Shown: piece by piece, positions 15,731-28,200 of the stretch | Layout: the number at the start of each line of letters is the position of its first letter | How positions within the stretch are numbered: the first letter of the stretch is position 1 | From: Ministeria vibrans ATCC 50519 | Taxonomy: Eukaryota; Protista; Filasterea | Direction of reading: 5' to 3' | Assembly: GCA_943704425.1 (NCBI GenBank) | Contig: CALSCP010002524.1 | Coordinates: 1 to 45,640, forward strand | Length of the DNA: 45,640 nucleotides | The notes under the pieces: generated by a model | Told to the model about the DNA's origin: nothing | Database searches by the model: none | Seen by the model: only the letters and a program-made list of their open reading frames with translations | Translations under genes and position numbers: made by a program

Positions 15731-18558
15731 TTAATGTCCTCCCGTGATGTTCTCTTCAAAGCGCCCCAAAAGAATCATTGCGGCAAAACCAAGAAGAATG
15801 CCACAGTTCTATACATAAAAAACAAATAAATATTAAAAATCGGGAGAGAAAGAGAGAGGGAGAGAGAGAGAGATCAATTAGTACCTGCACAACAAACATG
15901 CGCATGGATTCACGACGACCAAACTTCATAGAGGTGTGAGAGAGCTCTGGTAACTACAACAACAACAATACAAAGCAAGAATAAGAACAGAGAATATAAT
16001 TATATTGTGGTGAGTGGGTACGAGAGCGGCAAGGCCGAGATAGAGGAACATGCCAGCGGTAAAAGCGAGGATCCACTGCTGGGCGGCGAGGGTGGATGCA
16101 ACGGCAATGCCAATGAGGACGCCCACGACGGCCGTAAGGGCCGTGGCAAAGTTCCAGAAGGCGGCCTGGCGCCAGGTGAGGCCCGCGTCGAGGAGGATGG
16201 CGTAGTCACCGAGCTCGTGTGGCACTTCGTGGAGGAGCACAGCGATGCTGGTGCCAAAGCCGGTGCTGAGGGAAACGCCAAAGGCAGCGGCAATGGCCAT
16301 GCCGTCGACGACGTTGTGCAGCGCATCGCCTAGAATGACCATCCACGCAATCGCCTTGGTGTGGGCCCCTAGACCCATAAACGTGAATCCTTTGGACTCT
16401 GTATCACCCTGACTGTGACTGTGACTGTGACTGTGACTGTGACTGTGACTGTGACTGTGACTGTGCTTGCTTGTGTCGTGGTTGTCGTCGTCATGCACTC
16501 CGCTGTCGGTGGGTGAACGTTCGCTCATCTCGAGCATGTCTGCGTCCGTGAGACGCTCTGTCTCACGCTCGGTCGCTTGGATGTACGAGCCATGGCGGCG
16601 CAGACGGGGCGACGACGTACCCGACGCCTCGTTGTCGGCCTGCAGCTGGAGCACAATTTGTGAGCAGCCACAGTCACCGTTGTGACCGTCAGTGACGGCA
16701 AGGACGGCAGGACTGGGGTTGGGCAGGGCGGTGGAGGAGGCAGTGGTGTGGTGGGGAACAGGGGAGGACGACAAGTCGGCAGTGGTCTCGTGATGCGTGC
16801 ATGAGGAGACGGCAATGGCGTCGCCTTGGCAGGGAGGCCCGGGGTGGCTGCGGTTGCCGTGGTGGTGGTGGTGGTCGTGGCTCAGCTGGTCAAAGCTGTG
16901 TACGAGTGCCTCGATAAGCCAGAAGGAGTACCAGCCGGCAAAGGCAACGCACATGCGCCACAGGGGCTGGTATTCATCGGTAGATGTACTCTCGTCGTCG
17001 CTGTGCGAGTGAACGCCCAGCGCAGCGGGGATCAAGTGCAGGAGCGCATCGCCAATGAGTGTGCCCACTGCGAGCGACACGAAGAACTGAAACCAGGGAC
17101 GCTCACTGATGTTGGTGGTGCCGGTAAGCAGGGGCAGCGTGAGCACACCCAACAGCGACGTCACCGAAACCACTGCCACCATCAGCATGCTAAAGCCCCA
17201 TCGCTGGCCTGTCGTGGGCGCACTGCTAGCGGGCTCCACATCCGCTGCCACGACACACACGCCCGAGGCTGTCAGTTGTGCCAGCGCCGTGTTCAGCTGT
17301 GCCACCTGTGTTGTGTTCACTTCCAGCCCACGCGACAATCCAAAAATGTCAAAGAGTTGCTCAGGGCTGTAGCACACATGCGCTTCCTCATCGTGATCAT
17401 GGTCGTCGTCGGTGGAGCGTCGGGCATGGCCATGGCCCGCATGGCTGTCCGTCTCGGGGACCGCTGCCGCAGCCACCACCACTGCGTTGTACAGACGCGT
17501 GAAACCACTAAGGGTAAGCCCATGGGCGTCGCCAAACTCCTCGAGAATCTCTTCCATGAAGAAGGTGGGCTCGGGCAAGGCAACCGCGCCACAGACGCGC
17601 GCGTCCGCAAGATAGACGAGTGTCGACGCCACAAGTGGGAAGTCGTCGAGGGCAACGGGCGCTGTGGTCGACAGACCCACGTGAGCAAGCAGTCCCGCGC
17701 CACTCGTGCATTCTGCCGAGGCATTGCGGTCCGTGGGCGCCACAATACCAAAGGCTTCCATCAGTGTATCAAGCTCGTCGACACTCAGCGTAGTGTTGTC
17801 ACCGTCAACACCAAACCGCGTAAAGACAAGCGCTCCATACGCGGAGACAACCGTGTCAGGCTGTACCGACGCAAGCGTGCTCGACACGGTCGCATGGTGC
17901 TCGTCGTCGTGCTCGTCGTCGTGATCATCGTCGTGCTCGTCGTGATCATCGTCCTCGTCATGTTCGTCGCCCTCCTCGCACAGCTCGGATGTTTTCAGGT
18001 ATACTAACGCCACAGTGGCATTTTGTAGAGCATGCACATCGATTCCAAGCGTTGCATTGGCGCCCAACTGGGTCTCAAGCAGCTCAGGCGAGACACATGT
18101 TTCCTAATGTGACCCCCCCCCCAAAAAAAAGTCAGCCGACCACTCTGCCAAAGAAGATTTGCGCCTTACATTCGCCGAGAATGTTGCCAGGGAAGACGCC
18201 TCAGCATGCATCCCAATAGACTCGTAGAGAGCCTCAAGGTTTGGCGACGAGGGAACTGTCAAAGAGAGAACACATCCAAAATGGTCAGATGCGTGAGGAA
18301 ATGCCGCTTGTTCCGTGTACCGAGATTTGCCGTGACGCCATCGCCGTAGAGCTGATACTTGCGCATAAGAGAGATAGACGCCGCGGAGAGGGATTCTAGA
18401 GCGAGAGCGGGAAGGTGAATGCGGGGGAGGGAGGGGACGGCGGAAGGCGGAAGGCGGAAGGGGAAGGGGACGCCGAGACTCAACGCGTGGTCGCCGGTAC
18501 CTTGCCCAAAGGACATTCCTACTGTCGCCAAGGCTAGTAGCACCACAGCAAGGGTCAT
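15731..18558 (-). CDS. ZIP (SLC39) zinc transporter, LIV-1 subfamily, with signal peptide and large ectodomain, about 815 aa
   Basis: Exons 18558-18501, 18395-18321, 18255-18170, 18103-16022, 15953-15885, 15808-15731 (2448 nt, in frame). LAVGTLIGDALLHLIP, MVILGDALHNVVDG, LLHEVPHELGD (LIV-1 HEXPHEXGD), AFTAGMFLYLGL, QNCGILLGF; His-rich loops. Confidence 0.95.
16410..16465 (-). repeat. (CACAGT)n hexamer encoding a His-Ser repeat in the ZIP TM3-TM4 loop
   Basis: gactgt tandem on the plus strand; translates to HSHSHSHSHSHSHSHSHS. Confidence 0.95.
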
Positions 18559-19006
18559 TTTATCACACAGAGATCGAGAGGGAGCAAAATAACTGAGAAG
18601 ACTCGAACATTGACTGATCATTGACCGAAGAAGAGATTTTTCGAAATCTCGAATTTGCCAGAGTTTGGGAGATGTGACTATCCCATCTTAACACCGGGAC
18701 TACCGGCAACTTGACTCTCTGGCCCTTGGTTATTGCTGAGAATAATCGCTCTGGGGCCGTGCGGGTTCCGTGTGAGGGCAGGAGACACCCAAGTCAAACC
18801 CAAATCACTTAAAACAGAACGCGCTCTGCTCTGCTCCGCCTCCGTCCGCTTATACCTTACAATAATAAAATATTATACCTCTAACTTTTCGAGTCGTCAC
18901 CGCTTCTCTCACCCGCGTCGCACAGTTTTCTGCTTGCAATCGGACGTGCGGTGCTTCGTGGGGAATGCGGCGGGAGTGAGGGAGCGCGATCAGCCGTTTC
19001 ATTGAA

Positions 19007-19058
19007 CACTCAAATAGTCAAATGTTGTTGTTCACTCAAATAGTCAAATGTTGTTGTT
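19007..19058. repeat. Perfect 26-bp tandem duplication (cactcaaatagtcaaatgttgttgtt x2)
   Basis: Copies at 19007-19032 and 19033-19058 in the interval between the giant gene's stop and the ZIP start. Confidence 0.9.
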
Positions 19059-19247
19059 CTCTCTCCTCTCCTTCTTTTTATTTATTTTCTTTTTTTTCTC
19101 GTATAAATTTGAGTCTCCAACTCACTCCCTCTCAACTCTCTACAGATATCGAGTATCGTTTTTCTTTTCTTCTTCTTTTGTTTCTCTCTCTTTCTTTTTT
19201 GTTTTTTTTTTCGTGTCTCTCAGTCTCACACTCGACTTTTTCAATTC

Positions 19248-22200
19248 TCACAACGACGAAATCCCGTCAATAATCTCCTTGCAAATGTCCTCGAGACCAA
19301 GTCCCGAGCACACCTTGGCGCCAAGCTGGATCAAAAAGTTGGCCACCGTCTGCATGAAGTTGTCAAAATTGAGCGAGACGGAGAACTTGAGGGGCTGTCC
19401 GAAGACGACCGCGTCCAGCGCCGCACTAATCGATCCCTTGAGCTTGCCCGGGTGCAACTCGAGGTTGAGGTTGAGATTTTTCAACTGAAACGCCGCCATA
19501 AAGCTATCAATGAGCTGGTCAACCAGACCGAAGCCCAGGTTGCCCGCGCCGCGTGCGAGATCAGTAGCCGCGTCGCAGAGAAAGAACCGAGCATCGCGGT
19601 ACAATGCCATTTGAGTGCGCGGCACATACGGATGGTCTAGTGGATCCAAGACCTCCATCACCGTCGTCTCTTCTTCCACGCCGCGTCGTCGTTGCGTCGC
19701 TTCCTCCTTCTTGGCAGCGCCCAATGCACAATGACCGCTGGTGGCCTCAATGCTCTTCAGCCACACACACTCGTTCGAGGCACAGTCGCGATCTTGAAGG
19801 CATGCCACACCAGCAGGCACTTCACCCGCCGCCCACCAACACCGACCGTCGCTGGTTCGGTTGCGCGGATCCGCCGGAGACGCACACCAATAGTGCCATT
19901 GACCGTCCTTAAACAGCCACTTCTCAGGGTCATGCGCGTTGTACGCTGCCACAAGTGCCGCACTCTGGCCAAGGAGCACTTGTTCCGCCAAAAGACGGTC
20001 TTCTTCCTCGAATCGCGCAATTGTCTCGTCACGATACGAAAGGTTTGCATCGGTCGCTTCGATATCAACTCGTTGCGGCATAGCACTGCGACGAAGAGTT
20101 GCCGTCTTCCTCTTGAGCATGCTCCGGGCCCCAACAGAGGTAGGCTGCGTCCTCGTGACGTCGTCAATTGGAACGTCCACCGTCTGCCGAGCGCGCAGTT
20201 CCTGGTACCGCTGCTCGGCATCAGCCGCCTCGCGCAACCACTCTACGTCCTCCGCTGGCAACACGTTGCGTCGACGAGGCTGCTTCGCGGGCTGCACAGA
20301 GCGCGCCTGGTCGTCTTCCAAGAGCCACGCCGACCTTCCACGCACTCCGCCGCGTTCATCCGTAGGCTCACTTTCACCCGCAGGTTCACTTTCACCGGCG
20401 GGTTCACGTCCGCTCCCAGGCTCACTCCCGCCCTCAGGTTCACTTCCACCCTCAGGCTCACTTCCACCCGCAGGTTCACGTCCGCCTTCAGGCTCACTTC
20501 CACTCGCAGGTTCACGTCCGCCTTCAGGCTCACTTCCACCCGCAGGTTCACTTCCACCCACAGGCTCACTTCCACCCGCAGGTTCACGTCCGCCTTCAGG
20601 CTCACTTCCACCCGCAGGTTCACTTCCACCCTCAGGCTCACTTCCACCCGCAGGTTCACGTCCGCCTTCAGGCTCACTTCCACCCTCAGACTCGGACTCG
20701 GACTCAGACTCATGTTCAAAGCCAGGTCTAGTCATGGGCTGCGAACCAGATTCCGATTCAGACTCGGGGCTACTCGAGTAGCCAACTCCAGGTACAAAAT
20801 TGTATCCCAATGGTGGTGTGTCAAAGTTCGCAATGGATCGACTGAGCTCAAATGCTCCGTCGTGGCGGCTTGGGAACTCACTAGCGACACCAAACCCATT
20901 AGACTGCGCCTTGCCCGCATACAAGACAGGCATGTCACTTGGATCGGCTGTGGTCGCACCGTGCAGCATCACCGCACCACGAGCCGACCAGAACACAACC
21001 GTGATCAGCGGCTTTTCGTAATGGTATGCCAGCAACAACAGCCAAGGAGCGCTACACTGCAGTTGCACACGAGTGCCACTCACAACGCCTACTTCGACAC
21101 ATCGAATGAAGCCGGTGTCGGTCGCCGGGGCGGCACCGCCCAGTGACACAGCGAGCGAGTACCACTCCAAATCCTTCGTATCATCGACACCCATCCCATG
21201 CGAAACGGCGAGAACCGCCCCATTTAGCTGATCAGCCGCACAGTTGTCGCACGTGAGGAAAATCACACCGAGGTCATTTGGCTCGTGCGATAGCGGCAGG
21301 TAAAACTGGAAAAGCACAAAGTCCGACGAGGTCACTCGGAATACGCCGGGCAGGCGTTCCTTCACACGAATGCTGTACAGTGCCTTGTTGCCACCATACG
21401 GCGTGGGAGTCCACTGCGACGAAAATCCCGACTCGTAGGTGGTTCCAGACACACCCGTTTGTTGCCAGAGCGCGTACGGTGGCGGGGGCGCACAAACGGC
21501 AGAACGAATGTGAAGGGCACATCGCTGCACCAGTGTCTCGTCGGCACCACGACTGCCCTCAACACACTGGCCCCGTTTGGCACGGTTGCATCGTGAGCCA
21601 ATCGGAATGTCGCCATGGCCGCTGTAGGGGCATACTCCTTCGGCGTCGGGCACCATGAACGATTCGGAACAAGACAAACGGCACACATCGGCGACGCACT
21701 GGGCCTCACCACGCGTTGCACGTTGGCATTGACTCGAGGAACTGCATGGGCTGCCAACGGGAAAATCGTGCTGCCCCGTGAACCTGCAGGCGCCATTCGC
21801 AAGCAGTTTTACGCTCGGATGTGCGCACTTGCCTTGACACGTTCCCTGCACACACTCCGCCAGACCTCGCTCGCGCGGAGTGCACTGAGAATCTTTGGAG
21901 CACATTGATCCCATGGGGAAATCTCCTTGGCCACGACGCAGACACTTGCCCGTCTCTGGATCGCGTAAAATGTCACTAAATAAACACTTCTCCAGGCACT
22001 TGCCCGAGTCACATTCGAACCGATATCCTTCCAATATTGACTGACGGCAATTTCGCGTTTCCAAACACGCTCCCAGCGGCGGCACATCCCAGTCACCACT
22101 CACATCACAAATGCCAAGCTCATTCACAGACACACCCGGCATAAAGCAGAACTGCTCACACACTCCCGTCTTGTTGCACTTGGCCGAGCCACCTCCGCGC

Positions 22201-25200
22201 GGAAGGCATTCGGCATCATCTGTGCACGCATGACCCTCCGGTAAATCTCCCAGACCACTGTAGGCACACTTGGTCACACCCTTGTCGGTCACAATCGCAA
22301 TGCTTGACAGACGGCACTCAGCAACGCACTTTTCGCTGTCGCATCGCGCCACTCCATTGACAGCAGGCAGACACTGGCTCGCCGTGCGACACCAGAAGCC
22401 AGGAGGGAAGTCGTGATTCCCGCGGTACTTGCACGAGGCGTCCGTTCGATGCGGCACCTCCGGTCTGATGCACTTTTCGACGCACGTTCGATGGAGGCAC
22501 TGCGTCGACCGACAGTGATGCGCCTTGGTGCAGTACATTCCATTGAGCACGTCCTGTTGCCCCGTGTACGGACACGTTTCGGTGGCCAATGCTACAGTCA
22601 GCGAAAACGGACACACCATCTCGCACTTGTTGTTTGCACAGCGCGCCATGCCATTGGCCGATGGGTGCGGCTTGCAATTGGCGTGGCTCTCGCATGCGTG
22701 TCCGCTTGGGAGATCAAAGACGCCCGTGAACTCGCATTGGCCGGTCGACGCAAGCACCTGAATAGAGCTGAGGGCGCACCGTTGCACACACACTCCTGCA
22801 CTGGTGCACTCTGCAACTCCATTGGGCACCGGCAGGCACTGCGATGAGTCAGTACCTATTCTCCAATTAAAAACAAAAAAAAACAAAACATTTTAACAGG
22901 TCAATAAAAAAACACAATTATTGTTTGACATACATTGATTGCCAGGAGGAATGTCTGCCTTGCCAACATAGCTGCACTTTCCCGCTGAGTTCAGTGTCGC
23001 TTGGGCAAATTCGCACACAAGTTGGCACTTAGACGAGACGCAACGACCGACCGTTGTGTCGCCGTCCTGGCAGTTTAAGTCCGTGTCACAGCCACCACCG
23101 GCAGGAATATCCCCGTTGCCAGTGAAATGACACTGCCCCGTGAAAACCATGCTGTTAGCTGTACATTCCTTCGGCATAAACAGTGCGAGACGAGGGTCGC
23201 TCAGCGAGCCCACAACCTCGTAGCGGTATGGTCCGTTCGCAACGCACTTCTCAATACACCGGCTCACCGGGGCAGTATTACCAGCGCACGGCGCAAAAGG
23301 CTTGCATACACTACCGGGCTGACAGTCATTCGATGACACGCAGGGAAAGCCCCCGCGAACGTCGTATGTGCCCTGGAACAAACACTTTCCATTGACCTTG
23401 TGATTTTCGTACGCCGTCATGAAGCACTCCTCAATACATTGTCCACCCACACACTTGGCGCGGTTCTGGCTCTGACCACGACAAGGTTTCGATGACGAAC
23501 AGCCATACTCGCCATAGTTCAGCGCACACTTGCCAAACACCTTCTTGTCGGCCACATCACAATGTTGTGACAGACACTGCACGTCAAGCGAACAGCCATA
23601 TCCAACCGGCGCGTTCCCGCTTCCGTACTTGCAGTAGCCTGTTGCATCAGGCTTGTCCTGGCTGTTGGGGCACTCTTGCTCGCAAATACGCTCCTCGAGC
23701 AAATCGGTGCGACCAGTCCGCGCAAAGCCATATCCATTGCCGGTGCACTTGCTACCCTGCTGACAGTAGCGCACGGGCACATTGGCCGACACGCGACACA
23801 CGTCACCGATGTGCCCTCGCGATGACGGCACCGTCGTTGCCCGACTTGCAGCAACAATCTCCGGCGACAGCGGATGCGCATACATGACCGTATCACCACT
23901 CGTGTGCATCCGATGGGCATTCAGCGACTCCTTTGGCGTGGCCGAGTCTTCGTTAAACTCGTACACAACGCGGCCGGTCGAGACGCCGTCCACATAGAAA
24001 TCCACAAAAGCTTCTTCGGCGTGCACGACGACGGCTACATGTTGCCACTGCACCTTGCTGCTGTCAGTAGGTACTCGCAGCACAGCAGTGTGCGCACTGT
24101 ACAGCGTAATCAAGTGCTGTGAGCAGAATCGCTGTCGCACTTGAGCAAATATGCGTCCGTCACACATCACTCCAAGAGCCACAGCGCCCACGGCGGTCGC
24201 CCTCTTGTTGCAGTTGTCTGTCGTGCCCTTTTTCGACATTGGGGACTTGTCTGCCTCGAGTGTCGCCGCCGACTGCATCTCGTGCCACAAAGGTGAGGCC
24301 GCAAGAATCGTGCGAGACGTGCCGCTGAGCGGGCAATCCGCCTCGTTCGCCTTCAGACGAGTCCACGCCATTAACGTCGCACCACGGTCAAGGACATCGT
24401 GCGAGGCGCCATGACTCTTCAGCATCCGGTCATTGGGCGCGTGTGCCTTGGCGGCCACAGACAAATACTCATAGCCACCCTCAAGGAAACCGCTGTAGCC
24501 GCGCGAGGCGTCACCCGAGCGCAGCCGCAGGGAGATTTTGGGACTGGTGGCTGTGCCACTCTCGCGGTATTTTACAACAGTATGAGTGGCCTTCCTTGCG
24601 CCAACGTGACGCTTCCGCACTCGGTTAATCGGCGGGGTGTTGTTCATGTTGATGATGGGAGCCGTGTTGCCCCCCCCCGTCGTTGTCGCGCTGCCTCCAG
24701 GCTTGGAGTTTGGCATGGGGATGCCCACACGCAAAGTCAGGTAGCGTTTCTTTGCTTGAATCGCCTTAAGAACGACACTCGTCACGTTGCAAGAACCCTG
24801 TACCTGCCCGATACCACTTGCGGGAGGAGTAAATGTGCAAATGGCCGTGGGGAACTTGGGGCGTACGAGCGGTGCACCTGTAGTGCTCTCAAGACTTCGC
24901 CAATTCTCGTACGCGACTTCAGCGGGCGACTCGTATACCTCGAGCGGGTCCGACGAAGACTCTGTCGAAATAGAAAAAAAAGCGCCCGCAAGATGATCAG
25001 CTTGCAGTACGGTCGCCTGCAGGTCAAACAAGAAGTAGCTCATTTCTTGCCAGTCTCGCAAGACACCGTTGCTCTTCAAACCCTCCCAGTCTGCGCTGTA
25101 ACCCAGTACAGCCTGACCATCGGCAATCGGAAATGCCGCGGAGACCTTGTAACCGTTTATTTCGCGCTGGCTCCAGAAAAAATCGTCCACTTCATCCTCG

Positions 25201-28200
25201 GACGCCTCCGCCGAGAGCATCGTTGTCCAGGAGCACGTCCAATCATTCTGTCCCTCCACTGAAAAGCTGAGCGGACGTTGCGCGCTACTAAACAGGCGCA
25301 GGCCAGTCACTCGAGTGGTCTTTGTAAAATGAATGGTCAGCGACGCAAATGTACACGTGGTGGTAGGCAACGCGTCTGTCAGAGCCGTCTTGCAATCGCT
25401 CGAAACACCGTTCGTCATCATTTGCTGGCCGGTCACGCTATGGATTGTTGCGCCCGTCGCGACTGCGTCACCCAGCAAAAATTGTATCTCTGACAGCTGC
25501 GCCACACCCTCGTCGATGCTTGTAAGTGTGTTGCCCACTTGCGACCGGAAGACGGTGATTCGAATCGCATCGACGTGGTTCAGCGAGGGATGCTGAGGCG
25601 CGCGCAACGGAAGCACCGGAGCCTCGTTGAGCTCGGGCTCGGTCACGCCAAGCGGCACGCGATTCGCCAGAATATCGTGGTCGTCGTGAAGCACGTGCCA
25701 GCGAGGGCGCACACTGCAGGCCGACTTGGCACGGCCAAGCAGCTTCCAACGTGCATTCGGCGCGGACGACAAGACAGCAAAGGCGCGCACTTCAAGGGCC
25801 TGTTGCAGACTCACTCGCACCGCATTCGTGTAGCCAATGGCGGGATAGGGTACAAAAGTGTTGGGGCTCACGTCAAAGCGCCATGTAATTTGTACCTTTG
25901 CGTTGGGGTTGGCGCCACTCCCATACACGGGAACAGAAAAGGAGTGTGACAACCCCGAAGTGGGCGCAAGCGTCACGGTCGAATAGCCATACATGTAGCC
26001 CTGACCTGTCTGTGTTTGATGAGTTGCGCACGTGGTGCCAGTGCCCTCGCACTCCCACACCTCTATGGCCAGTATCGCACCCGGTGAGACACTCGTCTTT
26101 ACGTGCTGCTCGTTCCATACGGGCGTGCTCTGCGCCACCTGTGTTGTCGACAAAAATATCTCTGTGTCGTCAATGAGCACACGAATGTAGGTGTCTGCCG
26201 TGGCCGGCAAACCCGTGCCCGAGTCAATAGTCAGCATGAGCGTCCCTTGTCCATGACCACTCGGCGTCCACGTACTTCCGCTGTTCTTGTCGCCAACAAA
26301 TGCGTGTGAAAAGCTCATACCAGCAGTACTGTACGCATCTCCATCGACATCCTTGTAGAGGTACACCTCGCTGAGGGGCGCATTGTTCAGAGCGACAATC
26401 ATTAGCTCGTCGTACTCGAGGGCCGAAAGACACGCCTCCCACTCGAGAACCACGCCCGTCTGCTTCATCACGCTCGTCGCACACCATTCAAATCCACGCC
26501 CAAGAGTAGTGCATCCTGTAAAGGGAGTCGCCTCAAACACAAACGGTATACATGCGCGCCCCGATATCGTCACTCGGTTGGGAACGTGCTCGCGTTCTCG
26601 GGCGTCGGCAAATTGGGCACGGACTTGGCGAGCCGAATGATCCGTGTAGGCGCCAAGCGACATGTCCAAACGGATGAGTGTTCGATAGTAGGAGATCCGT
26701 TGCAGAAGCATCATATGTGCCGGGACCTGCTTTCCACTACCCAAGGCGCTCATATCAACATATATCGTACTGTTCAGAAGTTTGTCCAGGTACGAAACGG
26801 CCGTCTCGGTCATGGCATTCTCGCATACAGCACGTTCACCTGCCTCGACATTATCGCAGTCAAGATGCTGGCGGGCAAGCTTTTGCAGAGCTTCGCCGAT
26901 GAGACCCCATCGGCAGTTGCGCAGGTGGGCCACCTGCTCGGGGAACGGATCAGCCGTGTGCAGCACTTCTGCAATTTTGTCGACAGCAACTGCATCCGCG
27001 TCTTCGACAACCATGGACGTCGCGTCATCACCAGCGGACTGACCGCGGCGGCGTCGTCGTCGTCGTCTTTCATTTGGACCATTATTCATCACATTATGAA
27101 TATGACTGGCGATCACGGCAATTATCTTTCCTTTTTCGCGCTTGAAATCGTCGATGTGAACTTGCGCCGAGATGAGCACACTCTCAGCTTCGTCAAGCTT
27201 TTTGATTTGACATGAATGATCGCACGAGGAGGATCCCCCAGCGTTTACCACGGCAGCAATGAGCGTCTTTCCTGAAGCAATGTCATTTCGGTACCGCGTC
27301 GAAAACTCCTCCAGTGAGGCCACGCGTTTTTCCACATCGAGGCGAAAATCTTCCAGCCGCGAGCGCATCACAGAGTTGCGAGCCCTGCAGATATCCATGT
27401 ATGAAAAACAGTTGGCCCCAAAGGCCTTAAACACGGACGTGATGGCGGCATTCGCAGCTTTACCAATCGCACTGCCCAGCTTGCTAAAGTCACCCGTCGC
27501 AATAAAATCATTCAAGCCTTTCACTGTCTCTGTGACCACCGCCTGAAAGCCCTGTAAGAGATGCATGCCGAATTGCACGATATTTTGCTCCAAGACCTTG
27601 AGACCGTTCTCAAAGGCGCTCGCAATGTCCTTGCCAAACTGGACGAGTGCTTTGGCGCCGTTGGCAAAAGCCTCGCCAACGTCATCAAAAAACTTATTAC
27701 AGTCCCTATTAGCCTGGTCCATCGCCTGGTTGAAGATATCTCCAGCCTGCCCCAGACGTAAGCGGATCTGCGAGAGGATTTTTTCCAGTTGCGAAGAGTT
27801 CACCGTCACGTCCACCGCAAAACTAGACTCTCTGATGGAGCCATACGCCGCCTCAACGCGCACAAAGGCCGACAGCACGTACAGGAAGGGAAGATTGTTA
27901 ATCTCGATCAGCGTGCGTTTCATATCCATCGACACAATCATCTCGGTGCACATGCCAAAAAGCTTGCCTGCCGCACTCGCATTCACCGACATCTCCTGAA
28001 TGGGGTTTTTCCCCTCCATCAGCGTCGCCATGGAAAAAACAAGGTTCGCAAAAAAGTAGGGCCCATTCTGGTCATCGGCACACGAGCGTTGCAAAGCAAG
28101 GACACCGCCCAGTTTAAAGGCATCCTTGAGCCAGATGTTCGCCTTGAATACGGCAGGGTCCGTTGGCGGTGGCATAATCACCACGTCGGCGCCTGCCTCA

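Noticed and set aside
16826-18007. 393-aa plus-strand ORF
   Set aside because: Antisense to the ZIP exon; typical stop-poor shadow of GC-rich coding DNA, with no motifs.
20364-20690. Regular repeat array as a CRISPR
   Set aside because: Contiguous 18-bp units without unique spacers, in frame within a eukaryotic exon; no cas genes.
19692-21146. 484-aa and 280-aa plus-strand ORFs with RFTS/GSLPP repeats
   Set aside because: Antisense shadows of the 18-bp coding repeat in the giant gene.
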